Counted from the stretch's first letter, positions 1-9,125 are shown. The stretch is DNA of 40,871 nucleotides from an uncultured Acidobacteriota bacterium (GCA_964455175.1 CAYVUW010000011.1:2445-43315), one strand, 5' to 3'. The notes: a model not told the origin generated them from the sequence alone. Numbers and translations: made by a program.

Positions 1-2
1 AA

Positions 3-38
3 ACCTTCCTATCTATCTATCTGCCTGCCTGCCTGTCT
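3..38. repeat. Period-4 low-complexity tract (NNCT)n at the window edge
   Basis: Reads acct-tcct-atct-atct-atct-gcct-gcct-gcct-gtct. It supplies the stop codon of the coxE-like ORF. Confidence 0.8.
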
Positions 39-1149
39 CCATGCCTTTGGCCTCGGGTCGGTAGCGATCGTCGCCCATAAGTGGATTGAGCCAAATGATG
101 CGGCGGGCACGACGTCGCAAACGAACCATTGCTTCCTTGCGCAGGTCAGGATCCCCTTGGTCAAGGCCGTCGCTAAGGATGATTAGCGTGGTGTCCGAAC
201 AAACCGTTTGGGTAAGCCAGGAGTCGGTGAATTCCAGCAGACAAGCGCCGATACGGGTGCCCCCTGACCAGTCGTCGACACCACGTGCTAGTTGCTCGAC
301 AGTACTAGTTACATTCTCGGGAGAGAGCCAATGGGTCAATCGAGTGAGACGAGTGTTAAATGCAAATGTTTCGCTCCGCGGCGCGACCTTCTTGAGGGAC
401 AGGGCAAACATAAGCAGGAAGCGCGAATGAGAGTCCATTGACCCACTCGTGTCGCAGAGTAGAACAAGGTGAGGCAGTTCGACGGCTCGGGTTGTTTTAG
501 AGAGCTCAATCATCTCTCCTCCAAAGGCGAGTGAGCCGCGGAAGCTATGTCTCAAGTCGACAACATCGCCTCGTTTCGCCAGTAGGCGTCGCCGACTGTA
601 TCGGGTTTTCAACATGCGGGCTAGACGGTCGAGAAGTTGCTGCATGGCGACGAAATCCTCACTGGTACATTCGTCGAAAGTCTTATGTCGCATTTGCTCC
701 TCAGGTGTATATCCACCAGCGTTGTTACGCTCGTTGCTCTCCCCAACTTCGTCTCTGGTCGGAGTTCTCTCAGTAGGCCGAAACCTAAACGGGACGCGGC
801 CTGTGGTTTTTCGTTCGTTTTCTCGCGGCTCCGGGAATGCTGTGAGGCTTTCAGCATGTCGCCACATCTGGTCGAATATGAGGTTGAAGATACTCCAGTG
901 CTGCCGATTGACTTTCAGCGCAGTTCGAAGGGCGAGGAATACTTCCTCTTCCGTCCTGATATCTACGAGTTGCAATGCAAGCAAGCCGTCTACTTCGTCA
1001 GATAAGCTGAGATCGATGCCGTGGGAGCGTAGCCGGGCTGCGAATCGCGCGATATGCGCCGACAGGCTGGCTTCTGAGGCAGTGGTAGTCGGTGGCTTGA
1101 CGCGCGGCAGAGACAGATCATAACTAGCCATGGGATTCTCCGATGTCAA
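13..1149 (-). CDS. coxE: CoxE-like VWA domain protein, probably C-terminally truncated
   Basis: MIDAS-type CDTSGSM and ILSDG, DWSGGTRIG, IIWLNPL. It overlaps the upstream MoxR/CoxD ATPase by 4 nt. The last residues (TGRQADR) come from the low-complexity tract. Confidence 0.85.
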   Translation of the reverse strand: MTSENPMASYDLSLPRVKPPTTTASEASLSAHIARFAARLRSHGIDLSLSDEVDGLLALQLVDIRTEEEVFLALRTALKVNRQHWSIFNLIFDQMWRHAESLTAFPEPRENERKTTGRVPFRFRPTERTPTRDEVGESNERNNAGGYTPEEQMRHKTFDECTSEDFVAMQQLLDRLARMLKTRYSRRRLLAKRGDVVDLRHSFRGSLAFGGEMIELSKTTRAVELPHLVLLCDTSGSMDSHSRFLLMFALSLKKVAPRSETFAFNTRLTRLTHWLSPENVTSTVEQLARGVDDWSGGTRIGACLLEFTDSWLTQTVCSDTTLIILSDGLDQGDPDLRKEAMVRLRRRARRIIWLNPLMGDDRYRPEAKGMETGRQADR

Positions 1150-2042
1150 ACTCCCTTAGCAGTTATCATCGCGGCAGCAAACGCTTCCTCCAGAGCCTCG
1201 TCACGGAGTTCGTCAATATCGTGACGGTCCTTGAGTACACACCCTAACGTCTCTTCAATGACCTGAGGGTCGAGTCGATCGCGGTGCAAAGTCGCAAGCG
1301 CCCGTGCCCAGTCCAAGGTCTCCGAGACGCCTGGCGTTTTCATTAATCGCTCCTTACGTAGTTCGTGCATAAAGGCAGCTATCTGTTTCGCAAGGTGCTC
1401 GTCAATTTCCGGAACTTTCATGCGCACGATCTCGATTTCTTTCTCGAGGCTCGGATACTCGATGTACAGGTAGAGGCAACGTCGGCGCATTGCGTCACCA
1501 AGTTCACGTGTCCGATTCGACGTCAATACGACGAACGGACGATGCACCGCTGAAATTGTTCCAAGCTCTGGGATGGTGACCTGAAAATCAGAGAGCAATT
1601 CGAGGAGAAAAGCTTCGAATCCTTCATCGGCTCTGTCGATTTCGTCGATCAGTAGTACCGGTGGATTGTCCGGTTCTGTAATGGCGCTCAGTAGCGGGCG
1701 CTCAAGCAAGTATTCACGCCCGAAGATGAATTCCTCAAGCTCCTCAGGTTGCTCGTATTGCTCGGAAGCTATGCGCAGCCGCAGTAGCTGTTTCTGGTAG
1801 TTCCATTCGTACAGCGCAGTATTTACGTCAAGTCCTTCGTAACATTGCAGCCGGATGAGCTTGGTACCCATTTGTTGTGCGAGAACCTTGGCTATCTCAG
1901 TCTTTCCGGCACCTGCTCCACCTTCGATCAGCAGCGGCTTGCCCATTTTCTCTGCAAGATAAACAGAGGTAGCGATCGAAGGCCCGGCTATATAGCCAAG
2001 TTTGCGCATGCCTGCCTGAAGTTGTTGAACCTCAGGTTTCAT
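1146..2042 (-). CDS. coxD: CoxD-like MoxR-family AAA+ ATPase
   Basis: Walker A GGAGAGKT, Walker B LLIDEIDRA, RLQCYEGLD, LTSNRTRELGDAMRRRC, PGVSETLDWA. Confidence 0.9.
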   Translation of the reverse strand: MKPEVQQLQAGMRKLGYIAGPSIATSVYLAEKMGKPLLIEGGAGAGKTEIAKVLAQQMGTKLIRLQCYEGLDVNTALYEWNYQKQLLRLRIASEQYEQPEELEEFIFGREYLLERPLLSAITEPDNPPVLLIDEIDRADEGFEAFLLELLSDFQVTIPELGTISAVHRPFVVLTSNRTRELGDAMRRRCLYLYIEYPSLEKEIEIVRMKVPEIDEHLAKQIAAFMHELRKERLMKTPGVSETLDWARALATLHRDRLDPQVIEETLGCVLKDRHDIDELRDEALEEAFAAAMITAKGV

Positions 2043-2691
2043 CAGTGCTTCCTGTCACGTTCGTTTTCCCCAACGAATCAATGGATAAATCAATCGTGGA
2101 GAGAACTCTTACAAAATCTTTCGGTGTGTCGATGTCGGCGAGCGCTTCGATCGGCCATACTAAAGCCTTGGCCTCATTGCGATGCCGCTGCACCACCTCG
2201 CGCCCACAGCGCCGCCGCATGACCCGGAGTTCCCCAAACAACTTCCGGTCATACAGCATCGGTGGTGCTTGGACCTCACCGCCGTACCGCGAAATTATTA
2301 GCGGTGCGGTTGTGCTGCGGTACAAGTCGACTAGATCGCGCACCATTTTAGTCGTCACGAACGGCATGTCAGCAAGCATGATCAACACAGCATCGACTTC
2401 GTCTGATAGTGCGTCAACACCAACTCGCACTGAACTCTGGATGCCAGTCTTGTGGTCGACATTGAATGCCGTTAAGCAGCCAAGCCCGTCGAGTTGCAAT
2501 TCAGCCTGTTTGTTCTCATGGCCAGTGACAACGATTACTGGATTCAAGCTGGCCTCAACAGCGGTTTTGGCGGCGCGACGCAGCACTGTCTCCCCATTGA
2601 TTTCCATAAGCATTTTGTTCTTGCCCATGCGGGTAGAGGAGCCGGCTGCTAGTAGAAGGGCCCCGACACGAGCATCTTTACGCTGGGTCAT
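2032..2691 (-). CDS. mocA: Molybdenum cofactor cytidylyltransferase (MocA/MobA-like nucleotidyltransferase)
   Basis: LLAAGSSTRMGKNK, LADMP, DIDTP motifs. Located between xdhC and coxD. Confidence 0.85.
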   Translation of the reverse strand: MTQRKDARVGALLLAAGSSTRMGKNKMLMEINGETVLRRAAKTAVEASLNPVIVVTGHENKQAELQLDGLGCLTAFNVDHKTGIQSSVRVGVDALSDEVDAVLIMLADMPFVTTKMVRDLVDLYRSTTAPLIISRYGGEVQAPPMLYDRKLFGELRVMRRRCGREVVQRHRNEAKALVWPIEALADIDTPKDFVRVLSTIDLSIDSLGKTNVTGSTDET

Positions 2692-3775
2692 GGATCGGCG
2701 CGTCTCGATTCTTGAGATGGTCTGGAGAACGTCCGGAACGCACTGCTAGAAGCTCTGAAACGACAGAGAGGCCGACCTGCTCGGGGCCTTCGGCACCGAG
2801 ATCAAGACCGACAGGTCCGAAGATACGTTTTCGGTCATGTTCCGTTACCTCTTCCACGATCTCTTCACACCGGCCCTGAGGGCCAAGAAGACCGAGGTAG
2901 GGGACTGGGGTGGCTAGAAAACGTTGAATCCATTCCTTATCGCGAGTCAGGTTATGGGTTTTGAGCACAACGAAGGTATCAGTGGTAGCAGGAATTTCCA
3001 CGTCGTCTCCAGGAAGTGTCTCAATGAGTCGCCAAGCGTTTGGGAATCGCTCGGGCATCAAATACGCGGGCCGATGGTCTAAAACAACCACCCGGAATCC
3101 CGCGTCTGCGGCGCTTCGAACCATTGGAATAGCGTCGTCACTAGCGCCGCAGATGAACAGATATGGTGGGGGATCGAAGAGCTCAACAAAAGCGCGCACA
3201 CCCTTTGCTTCGATAGTGCACGAAACACCATTATTGGTTGCTACCCGTGCTAGAGCAAGGAATTCGTTGTCGAGCCCTGTGCATTGTGGCTGGTCAGGAC
3301 CAGTCTCTAAGACTACGATGCGCTCGTTGAATTCGCCGGCATTTCCTGAACTGGCGTCCCCGATAATTGTAAGCACGGTGAAGGGTGAGTCACCGTCGAG
3401 CAATTTTCGTAGTCGATTGAGAACCTTCGGATAACCCTGATGGTTCCCTGGAACAATAAGGATGTCGACCGTGCCGTCGCAGCCTAGACCTAGGCCCCAA
3501 AGCGCGTCGTCATCGTTACCTGTTTCGTAGTGCAACATCCGACATTCATCGGTTTCGATCACGCCAAGCCCGGTCTGGCGAACGTCCTCTTCGAGGCAGC
3601 CGCCTCTGATACCTCCTAGTGGCGAGCCGTCGGCGGCGATTAGGAAGCGCGCACCTGGTCGCCGGGATGCCGAACCAGAAATTCTGACGACACAGGCGAT
3701 AGCGGTACGTTGGCCGGCTGCCGTGAGTTCGGCGAGCCTGTCCAAGATGGTCTTGGTCTCTTGCCAGTGCTTCAC
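2678..3775 (-). CDS. xdhC: XdhC/CoxI family molybdoenzyme maturation chaperone
   Basis: RRPGAR, GGCLE, GLGCDG, THN..D, YLGLLG, PVGLDLGAEGPE. Start placed at GTG 3775, which overlaps the upstream TGA (GTGA), instead of 3838. Confidence 0.9.
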   Translation of the reverse strand: MKHWQETKTILDRLAELTAAGQRTAIACVVRISGSASRRPGARFLIAADGSPLGGIRGGCLEEDVRQTGLGVIETDECRMLHYETGNDDDALWGLGLGCDGTVDILIVPGNHQGYPKVLNRLRKLLDGDSPFTVLTIIGDASSGNAGEFNERIVVLETGPDQPQCTGLDNEFLALARVATNNGVSCTIEAKGVRAFVELFDPPPYLFICGASDDAIPMVRSAADAGFRVVVLDHRPAYLMPERFPNAWRLIETLPGDDVEIPATTDTFVVLKTHNLTRDKEWIQRFLATPVPYLGLLGPQGRCEEIVEEVTEHDRKRIFGPVGLDLGAEGPEQVGLSVVSELLAVRSGRSPDHLKNRDAPIHDPA

Positions 3776-4671
3776 TGTCGTACGATAAGCCTGTTGCCTG
3801 ATTCCGAAAGTATGAGACGGTCCCCGTTTGTATTCCACCAGTCCACCCAGCTGTGACGGTCCACGTAACTCTCTACGGTCAGGGTTGCGATTTGCGCAAT
3901 GATCGACTCCAGGCTATTGCCAAGCAGGTTAGGCAAAAGTAAACCGTCGACAATCATGTTCTCCAAGGCTCGGAGGTAGCCTTGTTCCTTGGCATCACGA
4001 TCGACCAAGTCGGCCTCCAGGATCCTGAAATTGAAATCGTGCGGCGGGATCAGGACCGTCCCAAGCACGTAACGACCGACGGGTTCACTTTCCAGTATCC
4101 AGCCACGGCCAGCGTAAAACCAATATTCCTCGGCTGCTAGGACTATGGCCTCATGGTGGATCGGCTCACCAGCTTCCATGGCACTAATTATCACAATGAG
4201 GCGAGCTTCTTCTTCTGACCAAAGCACGTAGTTGTTACGTGTTTCCCACCAGGCAGTCCATTCAGTGTAGGTATCGAAGTTCTCTCCAGTGATTTGCTTG
4301 AGCCGGCGCATGGCACGTTCGGCTGTCTCTTCGTCTGGATCATCGTCTGCTGTCCACATGATCAACTCGCTTACTGCCTGCCTGATCCCGGCGTTTTTCT
4401 GTTGCGAGTTATCAAGGGTTATAAGCGCGATACGAAAACAGATGCCGGGATCGATAACAAAGCGTCCCAAACGTTCTTGTTCCAGGTCTTGAACCTCGGA
4501 GAAGCCGGAAAAGGCATCCCAAAACCAGTATTCCATCGCGTCGAGACTCCGCACCTCGCGGCACGGCATACTAAGCAGTTGTTCCTGCGCGAAGATTGGT
4601 GCTATCTGGAACAGGCACAATCCAGAAACAAATACTAGGGGCAAGTACATTCGTAAGACGGTGCGAAGCAT
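3772..4671 (-). CDS. Hypothetical exported protein made of two tandem ~125-aa repeats
   Basis: 299-aa ORF collinear with its neighbours, signal-peptide-like N-terminus ending IFA|QE, internal duplication (EYWF ... WxxWW ... RLIV twice). Confidence 0.8.
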   Translation of the reverse strand: MLRTVLRMYLPLVFVSGLCLFQIAPIFAQEQLLSMPCREVRSLDAMEYWFWDAFSGFSEVQDLEQERLGRFVIDPGICFRIALITLDNSQQKNAGIRQAVSELIMWTADDDPDEETAERAMRRLKQITGENFDTYTEWTAWWETRNNYVLWSEEEARLIVIISAMEAGEPIHHEAIVLAAEEYWFYAGRGWILESEPVGRYVLGTVLIPPHDFNFRILEADLVDRDAKEQGYLRALENMIVDGLLLPNLLGNSLESIIAQIATLTVESYVDRHSWVDWWNTNGDRLILSESGNRLIVRQ

Positions 4672-4707
4672 GGGTTCAGGGTGTGTGCAGTGAGGCCTGA
4701 ACCAAGC

Positions 4708-5286
4708 TTACCGGTTGCGGCCGGTACCGCCCATCGGTCCAGTGAGGTTGGGCAGCATCTTGAGGGTCTGCATGATCCTGTACGTCGTTGGGTTTAACCC
4801 CCACAACCGGTCATCGGCATCGATGTCCTCAAACCAAATGAGTGGAGCGAGCTCCTCGGGTCGTCGCTGTGGGCCTTCTTCCCCGGTCGCCGCGGCCAAA
4901 AATCGCCTGGCATCGGCTACTCGGGATCGCCAGGGGCCGCTCCAAGTCTGGAATTCGCCTGCGTTGCCTGCGACGTAATAGATGTCGCGCAAAGTCCAGC
5001 CGACTGCGGCAGCTACTAATTCTACGTCGACTAAGGTGCCGCCCACTAAATCAACCAAGGCGCTGGCCCCGATTTCAGTCGGTACGATCGTCCGGATTTC
5101 AACGTTTTGGTAGGCAAGGTCCATGTCACGCATGACGACATAGACATCTTGAATCGAGGGCTCGGGTGGCTGAACGTCCGTGACTGTAGCCTGGTTTTGC
5201 GCCAGATCGGCGTAGGCGAGCGAGGGCAAGACGAGAATTATCCCCACGATCACTTCGATGGCTAATCTGGTGCGTAAAATTTTCAC
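4708..5286 (-). CDS. Hypothetical exported protein
   Basis: 192-aa ORF starting 24 nt after sufT. Basic then hydrophobic N-terminus ending AYA|D. No family recognised. Confidence 0.7.
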   Translation of the reverse strand: MKILRTRLAIEVIVGIILVLPSLAYADLAQNQATVTDVQPPEPSIQDVYVVMRDMDLAYQNVEIRTIVPTEIGASALVDLVGGTLVDVELVAAAVGWTLRDIYYVAGNAGEFQTWSGPWRSRVADARRFLAAATGEEGPQRRPEELAPLIWFEDIDADDRLWGLNPTTYRIMQTLKMLPNLTGPMGGTGRNR

Positions 5287-5310
5287 AGAATCAGGCTATC
5301 ACAGACGCCG

Positions 5311-5628
5311 TTACTCCCAGATCCCTAGAGTCATCTTTGCGTCCTCCGTTGCCATTGTGCGGGGGTCCCAGGGAGGGCTCCAGATTAACTGGATGTCGAC
5401 GTCATCGACTTCATCGAGATCAAGAACGCGCCCGTGTACAGCTGCCATAATCTGCGGGCCGACAGGGCAGGCGGGTGAGGTAAGGGTCATCTTGACGTTA
5501 ACTTGTTTTACAGGGCCGTCTATTTCAACGTCGTACACTAAGCCTAGGTCAACGATTGATATGTTGATCTCGGGATCAGTGACCGGCCGTATGGCCTCGA
5601 TCACTTCTTCTTTGCTCGGTAGAGCCAT
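5311..5628 (-). CDS. sufT: DUF59/SufT metal-sulfur cluster assembly factor
   Basis: DPEINISIVDLGLVY, MTLTSPACP, WSPPW. ATG 5628 has GGAG upstream; TTG 5643 is an alternative start. Confidence 0.9.
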   Translation of the reverse strand: MALPSKEEVIEAIRPVTDPEINISIVDLGLVYDVEIDGPVKQVNVKMTLTSPACPVGPQIMAAVHGRVLDLDEVDDVDIQLIWSPPWDPRTMATEDAKMTLGIWE

Positions 5629-5639
5629 TGGTATCTCCG

Positions 5640-6134
5640 TCAAGATTTCTTGGTTACGACTTCGATGTCACGATCTATCACAACCTCACCAACAAGGTCC
5701 TGATCATACTCGGCTAGAGCCTGCTCCAGAGTCATCCATGCTAGCAGGGCGCATTTGATCCGTACTGGGAAGTTTTTGACGCCATCGAGTGCTTCGAGAT
5801 CCCCGGGGTCCGCTCCTTCGGGCCATTCAGCCCCCTGCATAATTGCTTGAAACGTTTTTTTTAGCTCTAGGGCGTCTTCTAATGACGCACCCTCAAGCTG
5901 TTGCGCCAGCATTGAGGCAGAAGCAACTGAGATCGAGCAACCCCGTGGCTCAATGTGCATACTGCGAATTTGGCCGTCAGCGATATCTAGATGCATTACC
6001 AACTCGTCGCCACACAAAGGGTTGTGACCTTCTACCTGGACGCTGGGGTTATCTATGGTCTCCGCTCCGTGAGGGCTGCGGTAGTGGTCAAGAATGACTT
6101 CGCGATAAAGTTCGTCCAGGCCAGAGATGCTCAT
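5640..6134 (-). CDS. sufU: SufU sulfur-transfer protein (SUF-type NifU family)
   Basis: LYREVILDHY, NPLCGD, GCSISVASAS, FPVRIKCALLAW (three Cys plus Asp). Confidence 0.93.
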   Translation of the reverse strand: MSISGLDELYREVILDHYRSPHGAETIDNPSVQVEGHNPLCGDELVMHLDIADGQIRSMHIEPRGCSISVASASMLAQQLEGASLEDALELKKTFQAIMQGAEWPEGADPGDLEALDGVKNFPVRIKCALLAWMTLEQALAEYDQDLVGEVVIDRDIEVVTKKS

Positions 6135-7408
6135 AGTCCAAAAACCTTACGGGCTTCGAGCAGCGAATCAACTAGTCTGTCGACATCCTCCCGATCGTTA
6201 TAGATGTAGAAGGAAGCGCGCGCCGTGGCGACGACGCCGAGCCGATGCATGAGTGGTTTGGCGCAGTGGTGCCCTGCCCGGATTGCGACGCCGTGCTGAT
6301 CGACGACCGTTCCGAGGTCATGTGGATGGATATCGGTATCGATGAATGACACCAGGCCACAACGATCAGCAGGATCCCGCGGTCCGAATAACCGAATGAA
6401 CGGCAGCTCGGTGAATCGCTCCATGGCGTACGAGATGATTTGCTTCTCGTGTGTCCGGACATTCTCCATCCCTAGCTTCGTCAAATAGTCGGTGGCGGCC
6501 CCGAGCCCTACTGCGTCGGCGACGCTGGGGGTACCCGCCTCGAACTTGTACGGCACACCGGCCCAAGTGCTTCGTTCAAGACTGACGTTCCGGATCATCT
6601 CTCCACCACCGAGAAACGGATTCATCTCTTCGAGGAGGTCGCGGCGGGCCCACAACACCCCGATGCCGAGCGGGCCAAGTGCTTTGTGAGGCGAGTAGGC
6701 GTAGAAGTCGCAGTCGAGGGTCTCAACGTCAACCGGTCCATGAGGTGCGCCTTGGGCACCGTCTACGAGAACTAGCGCCCCCACCGCGCGAGCGGCACAG
6801 GCGATTGTACGTACCGAATGGATTGTCCCCAAGGCGTTAGATACGTGCCCCATGCAAACGAGCTTCGTTTTTTCGGTGATGTACTCGTCGAGGCGATCTA
6901 TACGCAAATGGCCTTCGTCATCGATATCGATGAAGCGAAGCTTGCAACCTGTGTCTCCGGCGAGCAGTTGCCATGGCACTAAGTTGCTGTGGTGTTCCGT
7001 CACCGTTAAGACGACCTCGTCACCTTTTCCCAGAAACTTGCGCCCCCACGCATGTGCGACGAGATTGACCGATTCTGTCGTGTTGCGGGTAAAAACAATA
7101 CTGTTCGGATCGTCACCGTTAATAAACTGGCAGACTTTGTGACGGGCCGTTTCATACGCTTCGGTTGCTTCCTCCGCGAGACAATGGACGCCGCGGTGAA
7201 CGTTGGCGTTCGTGTTGCTGTAGTAATAGCTAATCGCGTCAATGACTGACTGTGGTTTCTGGCTAGTGGCTGCGTTATCGAGATAGATGAGCCGCTTGCC
7301 GTGAACCTTGCGCTGCAGGATGGGGAAATCCTGTCGTATCTGCCCGACGTCGAGCGGTGTAGTCTCCGTTTGAGTGTCGACAGGGCCGATCGCCATAGTT
7401 TCTACCAA
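6131..7408 (-). CDS. sufS: Cysteine desulfurase SufS (group II)
   Basis: YLDNAATSQKP, NVHRG, SPHK PLP-lysine motif, RAGHHCA. Start is TTG 7408 or ATG 7396. Confidence 0.95.
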   Translation of the reverse strand: MVETMAIGPVDTQTETTPLDVGQIRQDFPILQRKVHGKRLIYLDNAATSQKPQSVIDAISYYYSNTNANVHRGVHCLAEEATEAYETARHKVCQFINGDDPNSIVFTRNTTESVNLVAHAWGRKFLGKGDEVVLTVTEHHSNLVPWQLLAGDTGCKLRFIDIDDEGHLRIDRLDEYITEKTKLVCMGHVSNALGTIHSVRTIACAARAVGALVLVDGAQGAPHGPVDVETLDCDFYAYSPHKALGPLGIGVLWARRDLLEEMNPFLGGGEMIRNVSLERSTWAGVPYKFEAGTPSVADAVGLGAATDYLTKLGMENVRTHEKQIISYAMERFTELPFIRLFGPRDPADRCGLVSFIDTDIHPHDLGTVVDQHGVAIRAGHHCAKPLMHRLGVVATARASFYIYNDREDVDRLVDSLLEARKVFGL

Positions 7409-7773
7409 CTATCCTCGTCGCCGAGTTGATCGTCACCACGGTCCTTGACGGCTATTTGAATGCGACCATCTTTTTCAACGACCGGAAACGTTTCAATTGG
7501 TGCCACCGCGGGCATAGCTACAACTGTGCCGGTACGGATGTCGAACTTGGCCCCATGCCGCGGGCACACAATGGCGTATCCTTCGAGGTCACCGTCGCCG
7601 AGCGGACCATCATCGTGTGAGCACAAATCCTGAACTGCGTAGAGTTGCCCGTCAGCCCGCGCTACCGCAACGCGGCACGTTTCGACCTGGAACGTCTTGA
7701 CCTCGCCGTCACCGATGTCATCAGTGTTGGCGACGTCGATCCACTTTTTAGATTCTGCTGTTGTCTGAGTCAT
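7402..7773 (-). CDS. Rieske [2Fe-2S] ferredoxin within the suf operon
   Basis: CSHDDGPL and CPRHG Rieske boxes. ATG 7773 overlaps the sufD stop (ATGA). Confidence 0.92.
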   Translation of the reverse strand: MTQTTAESKKWIDVANTDDIGDGEVKTFQVETCRVAVARADGQLYAVQDLCSHDDGPLGDGDLEGYAIVCPRHGAKFDIRTGTVVAMPAVAPIETFPVVEKDGRIQIAVKDRGDDQLGDEDSW

Positions 7774-9125
7774 CTGCTCGTCTTCGTTTGCAGCTTGCCA
7801 CGCACGTAGTCCCATAACCGAGCGTGCATCGCCTTGTCCTCGATACGGTCGAGCACTGGGGCAAAGAAGCCTTCAACAATGGCACGCTCGGCTGCTCGGC
7901 GAGGTAATCCACGGGTCATTAAATAGAACACTTGCTCTTCGTCGATTGGTCCAACGGTGGCTCCGTGTGTGCAGCGCACATCTTCGTTAAGGATCTCCAA
8001 CTCCGGGATCGACTCGGCTCGACATTTCTTGTCGAGCAGAAGATTGCGATTTTCCTGATAGGCTTCACTATCTGCAGCCTCTAGGTCTATACGGATGAGG
8101 CCAGTGTAGGCCGAGCGTGCTTCATCTTCGAGGACCACCTTGAAATCAAGGTCTGAATAAGTGTGGCCGTGCACGTGCACGTGCTCTGTGTGGTTATCGA
8201 AGTGTTGCAAACTGTCCCCTAGAAGAACGCCGATCATTTCGGAGTAAGCGTTAGCGCCTCGCAGTTCGGTACGAATGTCCGCCTTGTTGTAAATCCCACC
8301 GAGGACGATACCGCCACTGACCGCCTGCGCGTCACGGCCAACATGTATCTTTTGGGTGTAGTGTGAGCGCGTCCGCGCACCCCAGTTCTGCACGTTGAAG
8401 TACTGTAGTTGGGAGTTCTTGTCGACGCTGGCCTCGGTTACAGCGTGGGCGATGACGCGTGGTGCGGCGCCATTAGTGACCGCGTCTGGGGCGTTGCCGT
8501 ACTCATCGATCAGGATTGCCGAAGCACCCTCTTCTAGCACGACAAGGGTCCGGGGGAAGATTGCAGCTAAGTCTTGGTTGCTCTGATGTACTGCGTGCAG
8601 CGGAGCGCTGATCTCAACGCCAGACGGCACGTAAAGAAAGACGCCACCAGAAAATAGCGCTGCATTGAGTGCTGCGAACTTGCTTTCTTCAATCGGCACC
8701 TGTTTGCCGAGGTGTTTCTCTAAAAGTTGAGGGTACTGCTGCACGGCGCTTGAAAGGTCGCAGAAAATCACGCCAGCTTCACGCCACTGCTCCTCGAGAG
8801 AGAACTTCGGAGCCTGCACGTCCTGCTGGATTAACAACCCAGCCAGGCCTTGAGTGTTCTCGGAAGCGAACTTGTCGGACAGAGTCCCCACGGTATTTGG
8901 GTCGACTGCTTGTCCTGTAGAACCGTCTGGTAGCAGTGGTTCCACTTTGTCGATCAGGAACTTTTCCGGCTCGCTGTAGCGCCACAAGTGGGCAACGCGG
9001 TCAGGCAGCGGGGTGCCTTCATAGCTCTCCCAGGCCTGTAGTCGCCAGTGCCCCAACCAATCGGGCTCGTTCCCCACCTGTGTGATTGTGCGAACTGCTT
9101 CAGCTCCAGTCATTAATGTACTCAT
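7770..9125 (-). CDS. sufD: Fe-S cluster assembly protein SufD
   Basis: KFAALNAALFSGG, QENRNLLL, IPELEI..DVRCTHGATVG, FYLMTRG. Confidence 0.93.
   Translation of the reverse strand: MSTLMTGAEAVRTITQVGNEPDWLGHWRLQAWESYEGTPLPDRVAHLWRYSEPEKFLIDKVEPLLPDGSTGQAVDPNTVGTLSDKFASENTQGLAGLLIQQDVQAPKFSLEEQWREAGVIFCDLSSAVQQYPQLLEKHLGKQVPIEESKFAALNAALFSGGVFLYVPSGVEISAPLHAVHQSNQDLAAIFPRTLVVLEEGASAILIDEYGNAPDAVTNGAAPRVIAHAVTEASVDKNSQLQYFNVQNWGARTRSHYTQKIHVGRDAQAVSGGIVLGGIYNKADIRTELRGANAYSEMIGVLLGDSLQHFDNHTEHVHVHGHTYSDLDFKVVLEDEARSAYTGLIRIDLEAADSEAYQENRNLLLDKKCRAESIPELEILNEDVRCTHGATVGPIDEEQVFYLMTRGLPRRAAERAIVEGFFAPVLDRIEDKAMHARLWDYVRGKLQTKTSR

Noticed and set aside
13-3775. coxD/coxE/xdhC as proof of aerobic CO oxidation
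   Set aside because: No coxL/M/S is in the window, and these accessory genes accompany many xanthine-oxidase-family enzymes.
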